DNA of 64,000 nt, from assembly GCA_964016885.1 (NCBI GenBank), contig OZ024752.1:27280001-27344000 (forward strand). Direction: 5' to 3'. Position 1 is the first letter of the stretch. Each line of letters starts with the position of its first letter. Under the pieces are notes generated by a model. That model saw only the letters and a list, made by a program, of their open reading frames with translations, had not been told where the DNA came from and made no database searches. This DNA is from Eledone cirrhosa. Taxonomy: Eukaryota. Shown here one piece after another: positions 15,001 through 28,900 of the stretch. Made by a program: the position numbers and the translations under genes.

Positions 15001-16800
15001 CTATCAACACACGAACTGTGGACCTAGTGCCGAATTCGTCTATCAACACACAAACTGTGGAACTAGTACCAAATTCGGCTATCAACACACAAACTGTGGA
15101 ACGAGTACAAACTTCGGCTGTCAACACACAAATTGTAGAACTAGTACCAAATTCGTGTATCAACACAGAAACTGTGGAACTAGTACCAACTTCGTCTATC
15201 AACACACAAACTGTGGAACTAGTACCAACTTCGTCTATCAACACACAAACTGTGGAACTAGTACCAACTTCGGCTATCAACACACAAACTGTGGAACTAG
15301 TACAGACTTCGTCTATCAACACACAAACTGTGGAACTAGTACCAACTTCGACTATCAACACAGAAACTGTGGAACTAGTACCAACTTCGTCTATCACACA
15401 CAAACTGTGGAACTAGTACCAACTTCGTCTATCAACACACAAACTGTGGAACTAGTACAAACTTCGTCTATCAACACACAAACTGTGGAACTAGTACCAA
15501 CTTCGTCTATCAACACACAAACTGTGGAACTAGTACCAACTTCTTCTATCAACACACGAACTGTGGACCTAGTGCCAACTTCGTCTATCAACACACAAAC
15601 TGTGGAGCTAGTACCAACTTCGGCTATCAACACAAACTGTGGAACTAGTACCAACTTCGGCTGTCAACACACAACTTGTGGAACAAGTACCAAGTTCGTG
15701 TATCAACACAGAAACTGTGGAACTAGTACCAACTTCGTCTATCAACACACAAACCGTGGAACTAGTACACACTTCGTGTATCAACACACAAACTGTGGAA
15801 CTAGTACCAACTTCGGCTATCAACACACAAACTGTGGAACTAGTACCAACTTCGGCTATCAACACACGAACTGTGGACCTAGTGCCAACTTCGTCTATCA
15901 ACACACAAACTGTGGAACTAGTACCAAATTCGGCTATCAACACACAAACTGTGGAACTAGTACAAACTTCGGCTGTCAACACACAAATTGTAGAACTAGT
16001 ACCAACTTCGTGTATCAACACAGAAACTGTGGAACTAGTACCAACTTCGTCTATCAACACACAAACTGTGGAACTAGTACCAACTTCGTCTATCAACACA
16101 CAAACTGTGGAACTAGTACAAACTTCGGCTGTCAACACACAAATTGTGGAACTAGTACCAACTTTGTGTATCAACACAGAAACTGTGGACTAGTACCAAC
16201 TTCGTCTATCAACACACAAACTGTGGAACTAGTACCAACTTCGTCTATCAACACACAAACTGTGGAACTAGTACCGACTTCGGCTATCAACACACAAACT
16301 GTGGAACTAGTACCACCTTCGACTATCAACACACAAAATGTGGAACTAGTACCAACTTCTTCTATCAACACACAAACTGTGAAACTAGTACCAACTTCGG
16401 CTATCAACACACAAACTGTGCAACTAGTACCAACTTCTTCTATCAACACACAAACTGTGCAACTAGTATCAACTTCGGCTATCAACACACAAACTGTGGA
16501 ACTAGTACCAACTTCTTCTATCAACACACAAACTGTGCAACTAGTACCAACTTCGGCTATCAACACACAAACTGTGGACCTAGTAGCAACTTCTTCTATC
16601 AACACACAAACTGTGCAACTAGAACCAGCTTCGGCTATCAACAGACAAATTGTAGAACTAGTACCAACTTCGTCTATCAACACACAAACTGTGGAACTAG
16701 TACCAAATTCGTCTATCAACACACAAACTGTGGAACTAGTACCAACTTCTTTATCAACACACAAACTGTGCAACTAGTAGCAACTTCGGATATCAACACA
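1..16800 (+). repeat. Left sub-array (variant domain L) with an irregular HOR of roughly 2.1-2.8 kb
   Basis: Markers seen only here: ACTTTGTGT...GTGGACTAG 1-bp deletion (~730, 11363, 13426, 16189), CTATCACACA 1-bp deletion (~2115, 10569, 15395), GGCTATCAACACAAACT 2-bp deletion (~2350, 10804, 12867, 15630). ORF offsets 10813 to 12876 and 11345 to 13408 are 2063; 12876 to 15639 and 13408 to 16171 are 2763. Confidence 0.85.
5190..9160 (+). repeat. Duplication at offset about 2.7 kb (~5,190-6,470 and ~7,917-9,160)
   Basis: ORF boundaries 5189/7917 and 5378/8106 (offset 2728 = 70x39-2, falling by 39 after one monomer is lost). Shared rare variants CAATACAC, CAATTTGTG, CTATTACC and AACCCA. Confidence 0.88.
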
Positions 16801-19800
16801 CAAACTGAGGAACTAGTACCAACTACAGCTATCAACACACAATCTCTGGAACTAGTAACAGCTTCGTCTATCAACACACAAAAGGTGGAACTAGTACACA
16901 CTTCGTGTATCAACACACAAACTGTGGAACTAGTACCAACTTCAGCTATCAACACACAAACTGTGGAACTAGTACCAACTTCGGCTAACAACACACAAAC
17001 TGTGGAACTAGTGCCAACTTCGTCTATCAACACACAAACTGTGGAACTAGTACCAAATTCGTCTATCAACACACAAACTGTGGAACTAGTACAAACTTCG
17101 GCTGTCAACACACAAATTGTGGAACTAGTACCAACTTCGTGTATCAACACAGAAACTGTGGTACTAGTACCAACTTCGTTTATCAACACACAAACTGTGG
17201 AACTAGTACCAACTTCGTCTATCAACACACAAACTGTGGAACTAGTACCAACTTCTTCTATCAACACACAAACTGTGGAACTAGTACCTACTTCGACTAT
17301 CAACACACAAACTGTGGAACTAGTACCAACTTCGTCTATCAACACACAAACTGTGGAACTAGTACCAACTTCTTTATCAACACACAAACTGTGTAACTAC
17401 TACCAACTTCGGCTATCAACACACAAACTGTGGAACTAGTACCAACTACAGCTATCAACACACAATCTCTGGAACTAGTACCAGCTTCGTCTATCAACAC
17501 ACAAACTGTGGAACTAGTACAAACTTCGTGTATCAACACACAAACTGTGGAACAAGTACCAACTTCGGCTATCAACACACAAAATGTGGAACTAGTGCCA
17601 ACTTCGGCTATCAACACACAAACTGTGGAACTAGTACAGACTTCGTCTATCAACACACAAACTGTGGAACTAGTCCCGACTTCGGCTATCAACACACAAA
17701 CTGTGGAACTAGTACCGACTTCGACTATCAACACACAAACTGTGGAACTAGTACCAACTGCTTCTATCAACACACACACCGTGGAACTAGTACCAACTTC
17801 GACTATCAACACACAAACTGAGGAACTAGTACCAACTTCGGCTATCAACACACAATCTCTGGAACTAGTACCAGCTTCGTCTATCAACACACAAACCGTG
17901 GAACTAGTACACACTTCGTGTATCAACACAGAAACTGTGGAACTAGTACCAACTTCGGCTATCAACACACGAACTGTGGAACTAGTACCAACTTCGGCTA
18001 TCAACACACGAACTGTGGACCTAGTGCCAACTTCGTCTATCAACACACAAACTGTGGAACTAGTACCAAATTCGGCTATCAACACACAAGCTGTGGAACT
18101 AGTACCAACTTCGGCTGTCAACACACAACTTGTGGAACTAGTACCAACTTCGGCTATCAACACACGAACTGTGGACCTAGTGCCAGCTTCGTCTATCAAC
18201 ACACAAACTGTGGAACTAGTACCAACTTCGTCTATCAACACACAGACTGTGGAACTAGTACCAACTTCGGCTATCAACACACAAACTGTGGAACTAGTAC
18301 AGACTTCGTCTATCAACACACAAACTGTGGAACTAGTACCGACTTCGGCTATCAACACACAAACTGTGGAACTAGTACCGACTTCGACTATCAACACACA
18401 AACTGTGGAACTAGTACCAACTTCTTCTATCAACACACACACTGTGGAACTAGTACCAACTTCGACTATCAACACACAAACTGAGGAACTAGTACCAACC
18501 ACGGCTATCAACACACAATCTCTGGATCTAGTACCAGCTTCGTCTTTCAACACACAAACCGTGGAACTAGTACACACTTCGTATATCAACACACAGACTG
18601 TGGAACTAGTACCAACTTCGGCTATCAACACACAAACTGTGGAACTAGTACCAACTTCGGCTATCAACACACAACCTGTGGAACTAGTACCAACTTCGGC
18701 TATCAACACACTAACTGTGGACCTAGTGCCAAATTCGGCTATCAACACACAAACTGTGGAAATAGTACAGACTTCGTCTATCAACACACAAACTGTGGAA
18801 CTAGTACCAACTTCTTCTATCAACACACAAATTGTGGAACTAGTACCAACTTCGGCTATCAACACAGAAACTGTGGAACTAGTACCAACTTCGTCTATCA
18901 ACACACAAACTGTGGAACTTGTACCAACTTCGTCTATCAACACACAAACTGTGGAACTAGTACCAACTTCGGCTATCAACACACAAACTGTGGAAATAGT
19001 ACAGACTTCGTCTATCAACACACAAACTGTGGAACTAGTACCGACTTCGGCTATCAACACACAAACTGTGGAACTAGTACCTACTTCGACTATCAACACA
19101 CAAACTGTGGAACTAGTACCAACATCGACTATTAACACACAAACTGTGGAACTAGTACCAACTTCGTCTATCAACACACAAACTGTGGAACTAGTACCAA
19201 CTCCTTTATCAACACACAAACTGTGTAACTAGTTCCAACTTCGGCTATCAACACACAAACTGTGGAACTAGTACCAACTACAGCTATCAACACACAATCT
19301 CTGGAACTAGTACCAGCTTCGTCATTCAACACACAAACTGTGGAACTAGTACAAACTTCGTGTATCATCACACAAACTGTGGAACTAGTACCAACTTCGG
19401 CTATCAACACACAAAATGTGGAACTAGTACCAACTTCGGCTATCAACACACAAACTGTGGAACTGGTACAGACTTCGTCTATCAACACACAAACTGTGGA
19501 ACTAGTCCCGACTTCGGCTATCAACACACAAACTGTGGAACTAGTACCGACTTCGACTATCAACACACAAACTGTGGAACTAGTACCAACTTCTTCTATC
19601 AACACACACACTGTGGAACTAGTACCAACTTCGACTATCAACACACAAACTGAGGAACTAGTACCAACTTCGGCTATCAACACACAATCTCTGGAACTAG
19701 TACCAGTTTCGTCTATCAACACAAAAACCGTGGAACTAGTACACACTTCGTGTATCAACACACAAACTGTGGAACTAGTACCAACTTCGGCTATCAACAC

Positions 19801-22800
19801 ACAAACTGTGGAACTAGTACCAACTTCGGCTATCAACACACAAACTGTGGAACTAGTACTAACTTCGGCTATCAACACACGAACTGTGGACCTAGTGCCA
19901 GCTTCGTCTATCAACACACAAACTGTGGAACTAGTACAAACTTCGGCTGTCAACACACAAATTGTAGAACTAGTACCAACTTCGTGTATCAACACAGAAT
20001 CTGTGGAACTAGTACCAACTTCGTCTATCAACACACAAACTGTGGAACTGGTACCAACTTCGTCTATCAACACACAAACTGTGGAACTAGTACCAACTTC
20101 TTCTATCAACACACAAATTGTGGAACTAGTACCAACTTCGTGTATCAACACAGAAACTGTGGAACTAGTACCAACTTCGTCTATCAACACACAAACTGTG
20201 GAACTAGTACCAACTTCGTCTATCAACACACAAACTGTGGAACTAGTACCAACTTCTTCTATCAACACACAAACTGTGGAACTAGTACCTACTTCGACTA
20301 TCAACACACAAACTGTGGAACTAGTACCAACTTCGACTATCAACACACAAACTGTGGAACTAGAACCAACTTCGTCTATCAAAACACAAACTGTGGAACT
20401 AGTACCGACTTCGACTATCAACACACAAACTGTGGAACTAGTACCAACTTCTTCTATCAACACACAAACTGTGCAACTAGTATCAACTTCGGCTATCAAC
20501 ACACAAACTGTGGAACTAGTACCAACTTCTTCTATCAACACACAAACTGTGCAACTAGTACCAACTTCGGCTATCAACACACAAACTGTGGACCTAGTAG
20601 CAACTTCGTCTATCAACACACAAACTGTGGAACTAGTACCAGCTTCGGCTATCAACAGACAAATTGTAGAACTAGTACCAACTTCGTCTATCAACACACA
20701 AACTGTGGAACTAGTACCAAATTCGTCTATCAACACACAAACTGTGGAACTAGTACCAACTTCTTTATCAACACACAAACTGTGCAACTAGTACCAACTT
20801 CGGCTATCAACACACAAACTGAGGAACTAGTACCAACTACAGCTATCAACACACAATCTCTGGAACTAGTACCAGCTTCGTCTATCAACACACAAACCGT
20901 GGAACTAGTACACACTTCGTGTATCAACACACAAACTGTGGAACTAGTACCAACTTCAGCTATCAACACACAAACTGTGGAACTAGTACCAACTTCGGCT
21001 ATCAACACACAAACTGTGGAACTAGTACCAACTTCGGCTATCAACACACGAACTGTGGACCTAGTGCCAACTTCGTCTATCAACACACAAACTGTGGAAC
21101 TAGTACCAAATTCGTCTATCAACACACAAACTGTGGAACTAGTACAAACTTCGGCTGTCAACACACAAATTGTGGAACAAGTACCAACTTCGTGTATCAA
21201 CACAGAAACTGTGGAACTAGTACCAACTTCGTCTATCAACACACAAACTGTGGAACTAGTACCAACTTCGTCTATCAACACACAAACTGTGGAACTAGTA
21301 CCAACTTCTATCAACACACAAACTGTGGAAATAGTACCTACTTCGACTATCAACACACAAACTGTGGAACTAGTACCAACTTCGACTATCAACACACAAA
21401 CTGTGGAACTAGTACCAACTTCGTCTATCAACACACAAACTGTGGAACTAGTACCAACTTCTTTATCAACACACAAACTGTGTAACTAGTACCAACTTCG
21501 GCTATCAACACACAAACTGTGGAACTAGTACCAACTACAGCTATCAACACACAATCTCTGGAACTAGTACCAGCTTCGTCTATCAACACACAAACTGTGG
21601 AACTAGTACAAACTTCGTGTATCAACACACAATCTGTGGAACTAGTACCAACTTCGGCTATCAACACACAAAATGTGGAACAAGTACCAACTTCGGCTAT
21701 CAACACACAAACTGTGGAACTGGTACAGACTTCGTCTATCAACACACAAACTGTGGAACTAGTACCAACTTCGACTATCAACACACAAACTGTGGAACTA
21801 GTACCAACTTCGTCTATCAACACACAAACTGTGGAACTAGTACCAACTTCTTTATCAACACACAAACTGTGTAACTAGTACCAACTTCGGCTATCAACAC
21901 ACAAACTGTGGAACTAGTACCAACTACAGCTATCAACACACAATCTCTGGAACTAGTACCAGCTTCGTCTATCAACACACAAACTGTGGAACTAGTACAA
22001 ACTTCGTGTATCAACACACAATCTGTGGAACTAGTACCAACTTCGGCTATCAACACACAAAATGTGGAACTAGTACCAACTTCGGCTATCAACACACAAA
22101 CTGTGGAACTGGTACAGACTTCGTCTATCAACACACAAACTGTGGAACTAGTCCCGACTTCGGCTATCAACACACAAACTGTGGAACTAGTACCGACTTC
22201 GACTATCAACACACAAACTGTGGAACTAGTACCAACTTCTTCTATCAACACACACACTGTGGAACTAGTACCAACTTCGGCTATAAACACACAATCTCTG
22301 GAACTAGTACCAGCTTCGTCTATCAACACACAAACCGTGGAACTAGTACACACTTCGTGTATCAACACACAAACTGTGGAACTAGTACCAACTTCGGCTA
22401 TCAACACACAAACTGTGGAACTAGTACCAACTTCGGCTATCAACACACAAACTGTGGAACTAGTACCAACTTCGGCTATCAACACACGAACTGTGGACCT
22501 AGTGCCAACTTCGTCTATCAACACACAAACTGTGGAACTAGTACCAAATTCGGCTATCAACACACAATCTCTGGAACTAGTACCAGCTTCGTCTATCAAC
22601 ACACAAACCGTGGAACTCGTACACACTTCGTGTATCAACACACAAACTGTGGAACTAGTACCAACTTCGGCTATCAACACACAAACTGTGGAACTAGTAC
22701 CAACTTCGGCTATCAACACACAAACTGTGGAACTAGTACCAACTTCTTCTATCAACACACAAATTGTGGAACTAGTACCAACTTCGTGTATCAACACACA

Positions 22801-22974
22801 AACTGTGGAACTAGTACCAACTTCGTCTATCAACACACAAACTGTGGAACTAGTACCAACTTCTTCTATCAACACACAAACTGTGGAACTAGTACCTACT
22901 TCGACTATCAACACACAAACTGTGGAACTAGTACCAACTTCGACTATCAACACACAAACTGTGGATCTAGTACC

Positions 22975-25900
22975 AACTTCGTCTATCAACACACAAACTG
23001 TGGAACTAGTACCAACTTCTTTATCAACACACAAACTGTGTAACTAGTACCAACTTCGGCTATCAACACACAAACTGTGGAACTAGTACCAACTTCGGCT
23101 ATCAACACACAAAATGTGGAACTAGTACCAACTTCGGCTATCAACACACAAACTGTGGAACTAGTACAGACTTCGTCTATCAACACACAAACTGTGGAAC
23201 TAGTACCGACTTCGACTATCAACACACAAACTGTGGAACTAGTACCAACTTCTTCTATCAACACACACACTGTGGAACTAGTACCAACTTCGACTATCAA
23301 CACACAAGCTGAGGAACTAGTACCAACTTCGGCTATCAACACACAATCTCTGGAACTAGTACCAGCTTCGTCTATCAACACACAAACCTTGGAACTCGTA
23401 CACACTTCGTGTATCAACACACAAACTGTGGAACTAGTACCAACTTCGGCTATCAACACACAAACTGTGGAACTAGTACCAACTTTGGCTATCAACACAC
23501 AAACTGTGGAACTAGTACCTACTTCGGCTATCAACACACGAACTGTGGACCTAGTGCCAACTTCGTCTATCAACACACAAACTGTGGAACTAGTACCAAA
23601 TTCGGCTATCAACACACAAACTGTGGAACTAGTACAAACTTCGGCTGTCAACACACAAATTGTAGAACTAGTACCAACTTCGTGTATCAACACAGAAACT
23701 GTGGAACTAGTACCAACTTCGTCTATCAACACACAAACTGTGGAACTAGTACCAACTTCGTCTATCAACACACAAACTGTGGAACTAGTACCAACTTCTT
23801 CTATCAACACAAAAATTGTGGAACTAGTACCAACTTCGTGTATCAACACAGAAACTGTGGAACTAGTACCAACTTCGTCTATCAAAACACAAACTGTGGA
23901 ACTAGTACCAACTTCGTCTATCAACACACAAACTGTGGAACTAGTACCAACTTCGGCTATCAACACACAAACTGTGGAACTAGTACAGACTTCGTCTATC
24001 AACACACAATCTGTGGAACTAGTACCGACTTCGGCTATCAACACACAAACTGTGGTACTAGTACCAACTTCGACTATCAACACACAAACTGTGGAACTAG
24101 TACCAACTTCTTCTATCAACACACAAACTGTGGAACTAGTACCAACTTCGACTATCAACACACAAACTGTGGAACTAGTACCAACTTCGACTATCAACAC
24201 ACAAACTGTGGAACTAGTACCAACTTCGGCTATCAACACACAAACTGTGGAACTAGTACCAACTTCGTCTATCAACACACAAACTGTGCAACTAGTACCA
24301 ACTTCTTCTATCAACACACAAACTGTGCAACTTGTATCAACTTCGGCTCTCAACACACTAACTGTGGAACTAGTACCAACTTCTTCTATCAACACACAAA
24401 CTGTGCAACTAGTACCAACTTCGGCTATCAACACACAAATTGTGGACCTAGTACCAACTTCGTCTATCAACACACAAACTGTGGAACTAGTACCAACTTC
24501 GACTATCAACACACAAATTGTGGAACTAGTACCGACTTCGGCTATCAACACACAAACTGTGGAACTAGTACCAACTTCGACTATCAACACACAAACTGTG
24601 GAACTAGTACCAACTTCTTCTATCAACACACAAACTGTGCAACTAGTACCAACTTCGTCTATCAACACACAAACTGAGGAACTAGTACCAACTACAGCTA
24701 TCAACACACAATCTCTGGAACTAGTACCAGCTTCGTCTATCAACACACATACCGTGGAACTAGTACACACTTCGTGTATCAACACACAAACTGTGGAACT
24801 AGTACCAACTTCGGCTATCAACACACAAACTGTGGAACTAGTACCAACTTCGGCTATCAACACACAAACTGTGGAACTAGTACCAACTTCGGCTATCAAC
24901 ACACGAACTGTGGACCTAGTGCCAACTTCGTCTATCAACACACAAACTGTGGAACTAGTACCAACTTCGTCTATCAACACACAAACTGTGGAACTAGTAC
25001 CAACTTCGTCTATCAACACACAAACTGTGGAACTAGTACCAACTTCTTCTATCAACACACAAATTGTGGAACTAGTACCAACTTCGTGTATCAACACAGA
25101 AACTGTGGAACTAGTACCAACTTCGTCTATCAACACACAAACTGTGGAACTAGTACCAACTTCGTCTATCAACACAGAAACTGTGGAACTAGTACCAACT
25201 TCGTGTATCAACACAGAAACTGTGGAACTAGTACCAACTTCGTCTATCAACACACGAACTGTGGAACTAGTACCGACTTCGTCTATGAACACACAAACTG
25301 TGGAACTAGTACCAACTTCTTCTATCAACACACAAACTGTGGAACTAGTACCTACTTCGACTATCAACACACAAACTGTGGAACTAGTACCAACTTCGAC
25401 TATCAACACACAAACTGTGGATCTAGTACCAACTTCGGCTATCAACACACAAACTGTGGAACTAGTACCAACTACAGCTATCAACACACAATCTCTGGAA
25501 CAAGTACCAGCTTCGTCCATCAACACACAAACTGTGGAACTAGTACAAACTTCGTGTATCAACACACAAACTGTGGAACTAGTACCAACTTCGGCTATCA
25601 ACACACAAAATGTGGAACTAGTACCAACTTCGGCTATCAACACACAAACTGTGGAACTAGTACAGACTTCGTCTATCAACACACAAACTGTGGAACTAGT
25701 ACCGACTTCGGCTATCAACACACAAACTGTGGAACTAGTCCCGACTTCGACTATCAACACACAAACTGTGGAACTAGTACCAACTTCTTCTATCAACACA
25801 CACACTGTGGAACTAGTACCAACTTCGACTATCAACACACACACTGTGGAACTAGTACCAACTTCGACTATCAACACACAAACTGAGGAACTAGTACCAA

Positions 25901-28900
25901 CTTCGGCTATAAACACACAATCTCTGGAACTAGTACCAGCTTCGTCTATCAACACACAAACCGTGGAACTAGTACACACTTCGTGTATCAACACACAAAC
26001 TGTGGAACTAGTACCAACTTCGGCTATCAACACACAAACTGTGGAACTAGTACCAACTTCGGCTATCAACACACAAACTGTGGAACTAGTACCAACTTCG
26101 TCTATCAACACACGAACTGTGGACCTAGTGCCAACTTCGTCTATCAACACACAAACTGTGGAACTAGTACCAAATTCGGCTATCAACACACAAACTGTGG
26201 AACTAGTACCAACTTCGGCTGTCAACACACAAATTGTAGAACTAGTACCAACTTCGTGTATCAACACACAAACTGTGGAACTAGTACCAACTTCGTCTAT
26301 CAACACACAAACTGTGGAACTAGTACCAACTTCTTCTATCAACACACAAACTGTGGAACTAGTACCTACTTCGACTATCAACACACAAAATGTGGAACTA
26401 GTACCAACTTCGACTATCAACACACAAACTGTGGATCTAGTACCAACTTCGTCTATCAACACACAAACTGTGGAACTAGTACCAACTTCTTTATCAACAC
26501 ACAAACTGTGGAACTAGTACCAACTTCGGCTATCAACACACAAACTGTGGAACTAGTACCAACTACAGCTATCAACACACAATCTCTGGAACTAGTACCA
26601 GCTTCGTCTATCAACACACAAACTGTGGAACTAGTACCAACTTCGGCTATCAACACACAAAATGTGGAACTAGTACCAACTTCGGCTATCAACACACAAA
26701 CTGTGGAACTAGTACAGACTTCGTCTATCAACACACAAACTGTGGAACTAGTACCGACTTCGACTATCAACACACAAACTGTGGAACTAGTACCAACTTC
26801 TTCTATCAACACACACACTGTGGAACTAGTACCAACTTCGACTATCAACACACAAGCTGAGGAACTAGTACCAACTTCGGCTATCAACACACAATCTCTG
26901 GAACTAGTACCAGCTTCGTCTATCAACACACAAACCGTGGAACTCGTACACACTTCGTGTATCAACACACAAACTGTGGAACTAGTACAAACTTCGTCTA
27001 TCAACACACAAACTGTGGAACTAGTACCAACTTCTTCTATCAACACAAAAATTGTGGAACTAGTACCAACTTCGGCTATCAACACACAAATTGTGGAACT
27101 AGTACCGACTTCGGCTATCAACACACAAACTGTGGAACTAGTACCAACTTCGACTATCAACACACAAACTGTGGAACTAGTACCAACTTCTTCTATCAAC
27201 ACACAAACTGTGCAACTAGTACCAACTTCGTCTATCAACACACAAACTGAGGAACTAGTACCAACTACAGCTATCAACACACAATCTCTGGAACTAGTAC
27301 CAGCTTCGTCTATCAACACATACCGTGGAACTAGTACACACTTCGTGTATCAACACACAAACTGTGGAACTAGTACCAACTTCGGCTATCAACACACAAA
27401 CTGTGGAACTAGTACCAACTTCGGCTATCAACACACAAACTGTGGAACTAGTACCAACTTCGGCTATCAACACACGAACTGTGGACCTAGTGCCAACTTC
27501 GTCTATCAACACACAAACTGTGGAACTAGTACCAACTTCGTCTATCAACACACAAACTGTGGAACTAGTACCAACTTCGTCTATCAACACACAAACTGTG
27601 GAACTAGTACCAACTTCTTCTATCAACACACAAATTGTGGAACTAGTACCAACTTCGTGTATCAACACAGAAACTGTGGAACTAGTACCAACTTCGTCTA
27701 TCAACACACAAACTGTGGAACTAGTACCAACTTCGTCTATCAACACAGAAACTGTGGAACTAGTACCAACTTCGTGTATCAACACAGAAACTGTGGAACT
27801 AGTACCAACTTCGTCTATCAACACACGAACTGTGGAACTAGTACCGACTTCGTCTATGAACACACAAACTGTGGAACTAGTACCAACTTCTTCTATCAAC
27901 ACACAAACTGTGGAACTAGTACCTACTTCGACTATCAACACACAAACTGTGGAACTAGTACCAACTTCGACTATCAACACACAAACTGTGGATCTAGTAC
28001 CAACTTCGTCTATCAACACACAAACTGTGGAACTAGTACCAACTTCTTTATCAACACAGAAACTGTGTAACTAGTACCAACTTCGGCTATCAACACACAA
28101 ACTGTGGAACTAGTACCAACTACAGCTATCAACACACAATCTCTGGAACAAGTACCAGCTTCGTCCATCAACACACAAACTGTGGAACTCGTACACACTT
28201 CGTGTATCAACACACAAACTGTGGAACTAGTACCAACTTCGGCTATCAACACACAAACTGTGGAACTAGTACCAACTTCGGCTATCAACACACAAACTGT
28301 GGAACTAGTACCAACTTCTTCTATCAACACACAAATTGTGGAACTAGTACCAACTTCGTGTATCAACACACAAACTGTGGAACTAGTACCAACTTCGTCT
28401 ATCAACACACAAACTGTGGAACTAGTACCAACTTCTTCTATCAACACACAAACTGTGGAACTAGTACCTACTTCGACTATCAACACACAAACTGTGGAAC
28501 TAGTACCAACTTCGACTATCAACACACAAACTGTGGAACTAATACCAACTTCGGCTATCAACACACAATCTGTGGAACTAGTACCAACTTCGTCTATCAA
28601 CACACAAACTGTGGAACTAGTACCAACTTCTTTATCAACACACAAACTGTGTAACTAGTACCAACTTCGGCTATCAACACACAAACTGTGGAACTAGTAC
28701 CAACTTCGGCTATCAACACACAAAATGTGGAACTAGTACCAACTTCGGCTATCAACACACAAACTGTGGAACTAGTACAGACTTCGTCTATCAACACACA
28801 AACTGTGGAACTAGTACCGACTTCGACTATCAACACACAAACTGTGGAACTAGTACCAACTTCTTCTATCAACACACACACTGTGGAACTAGTACCAACT

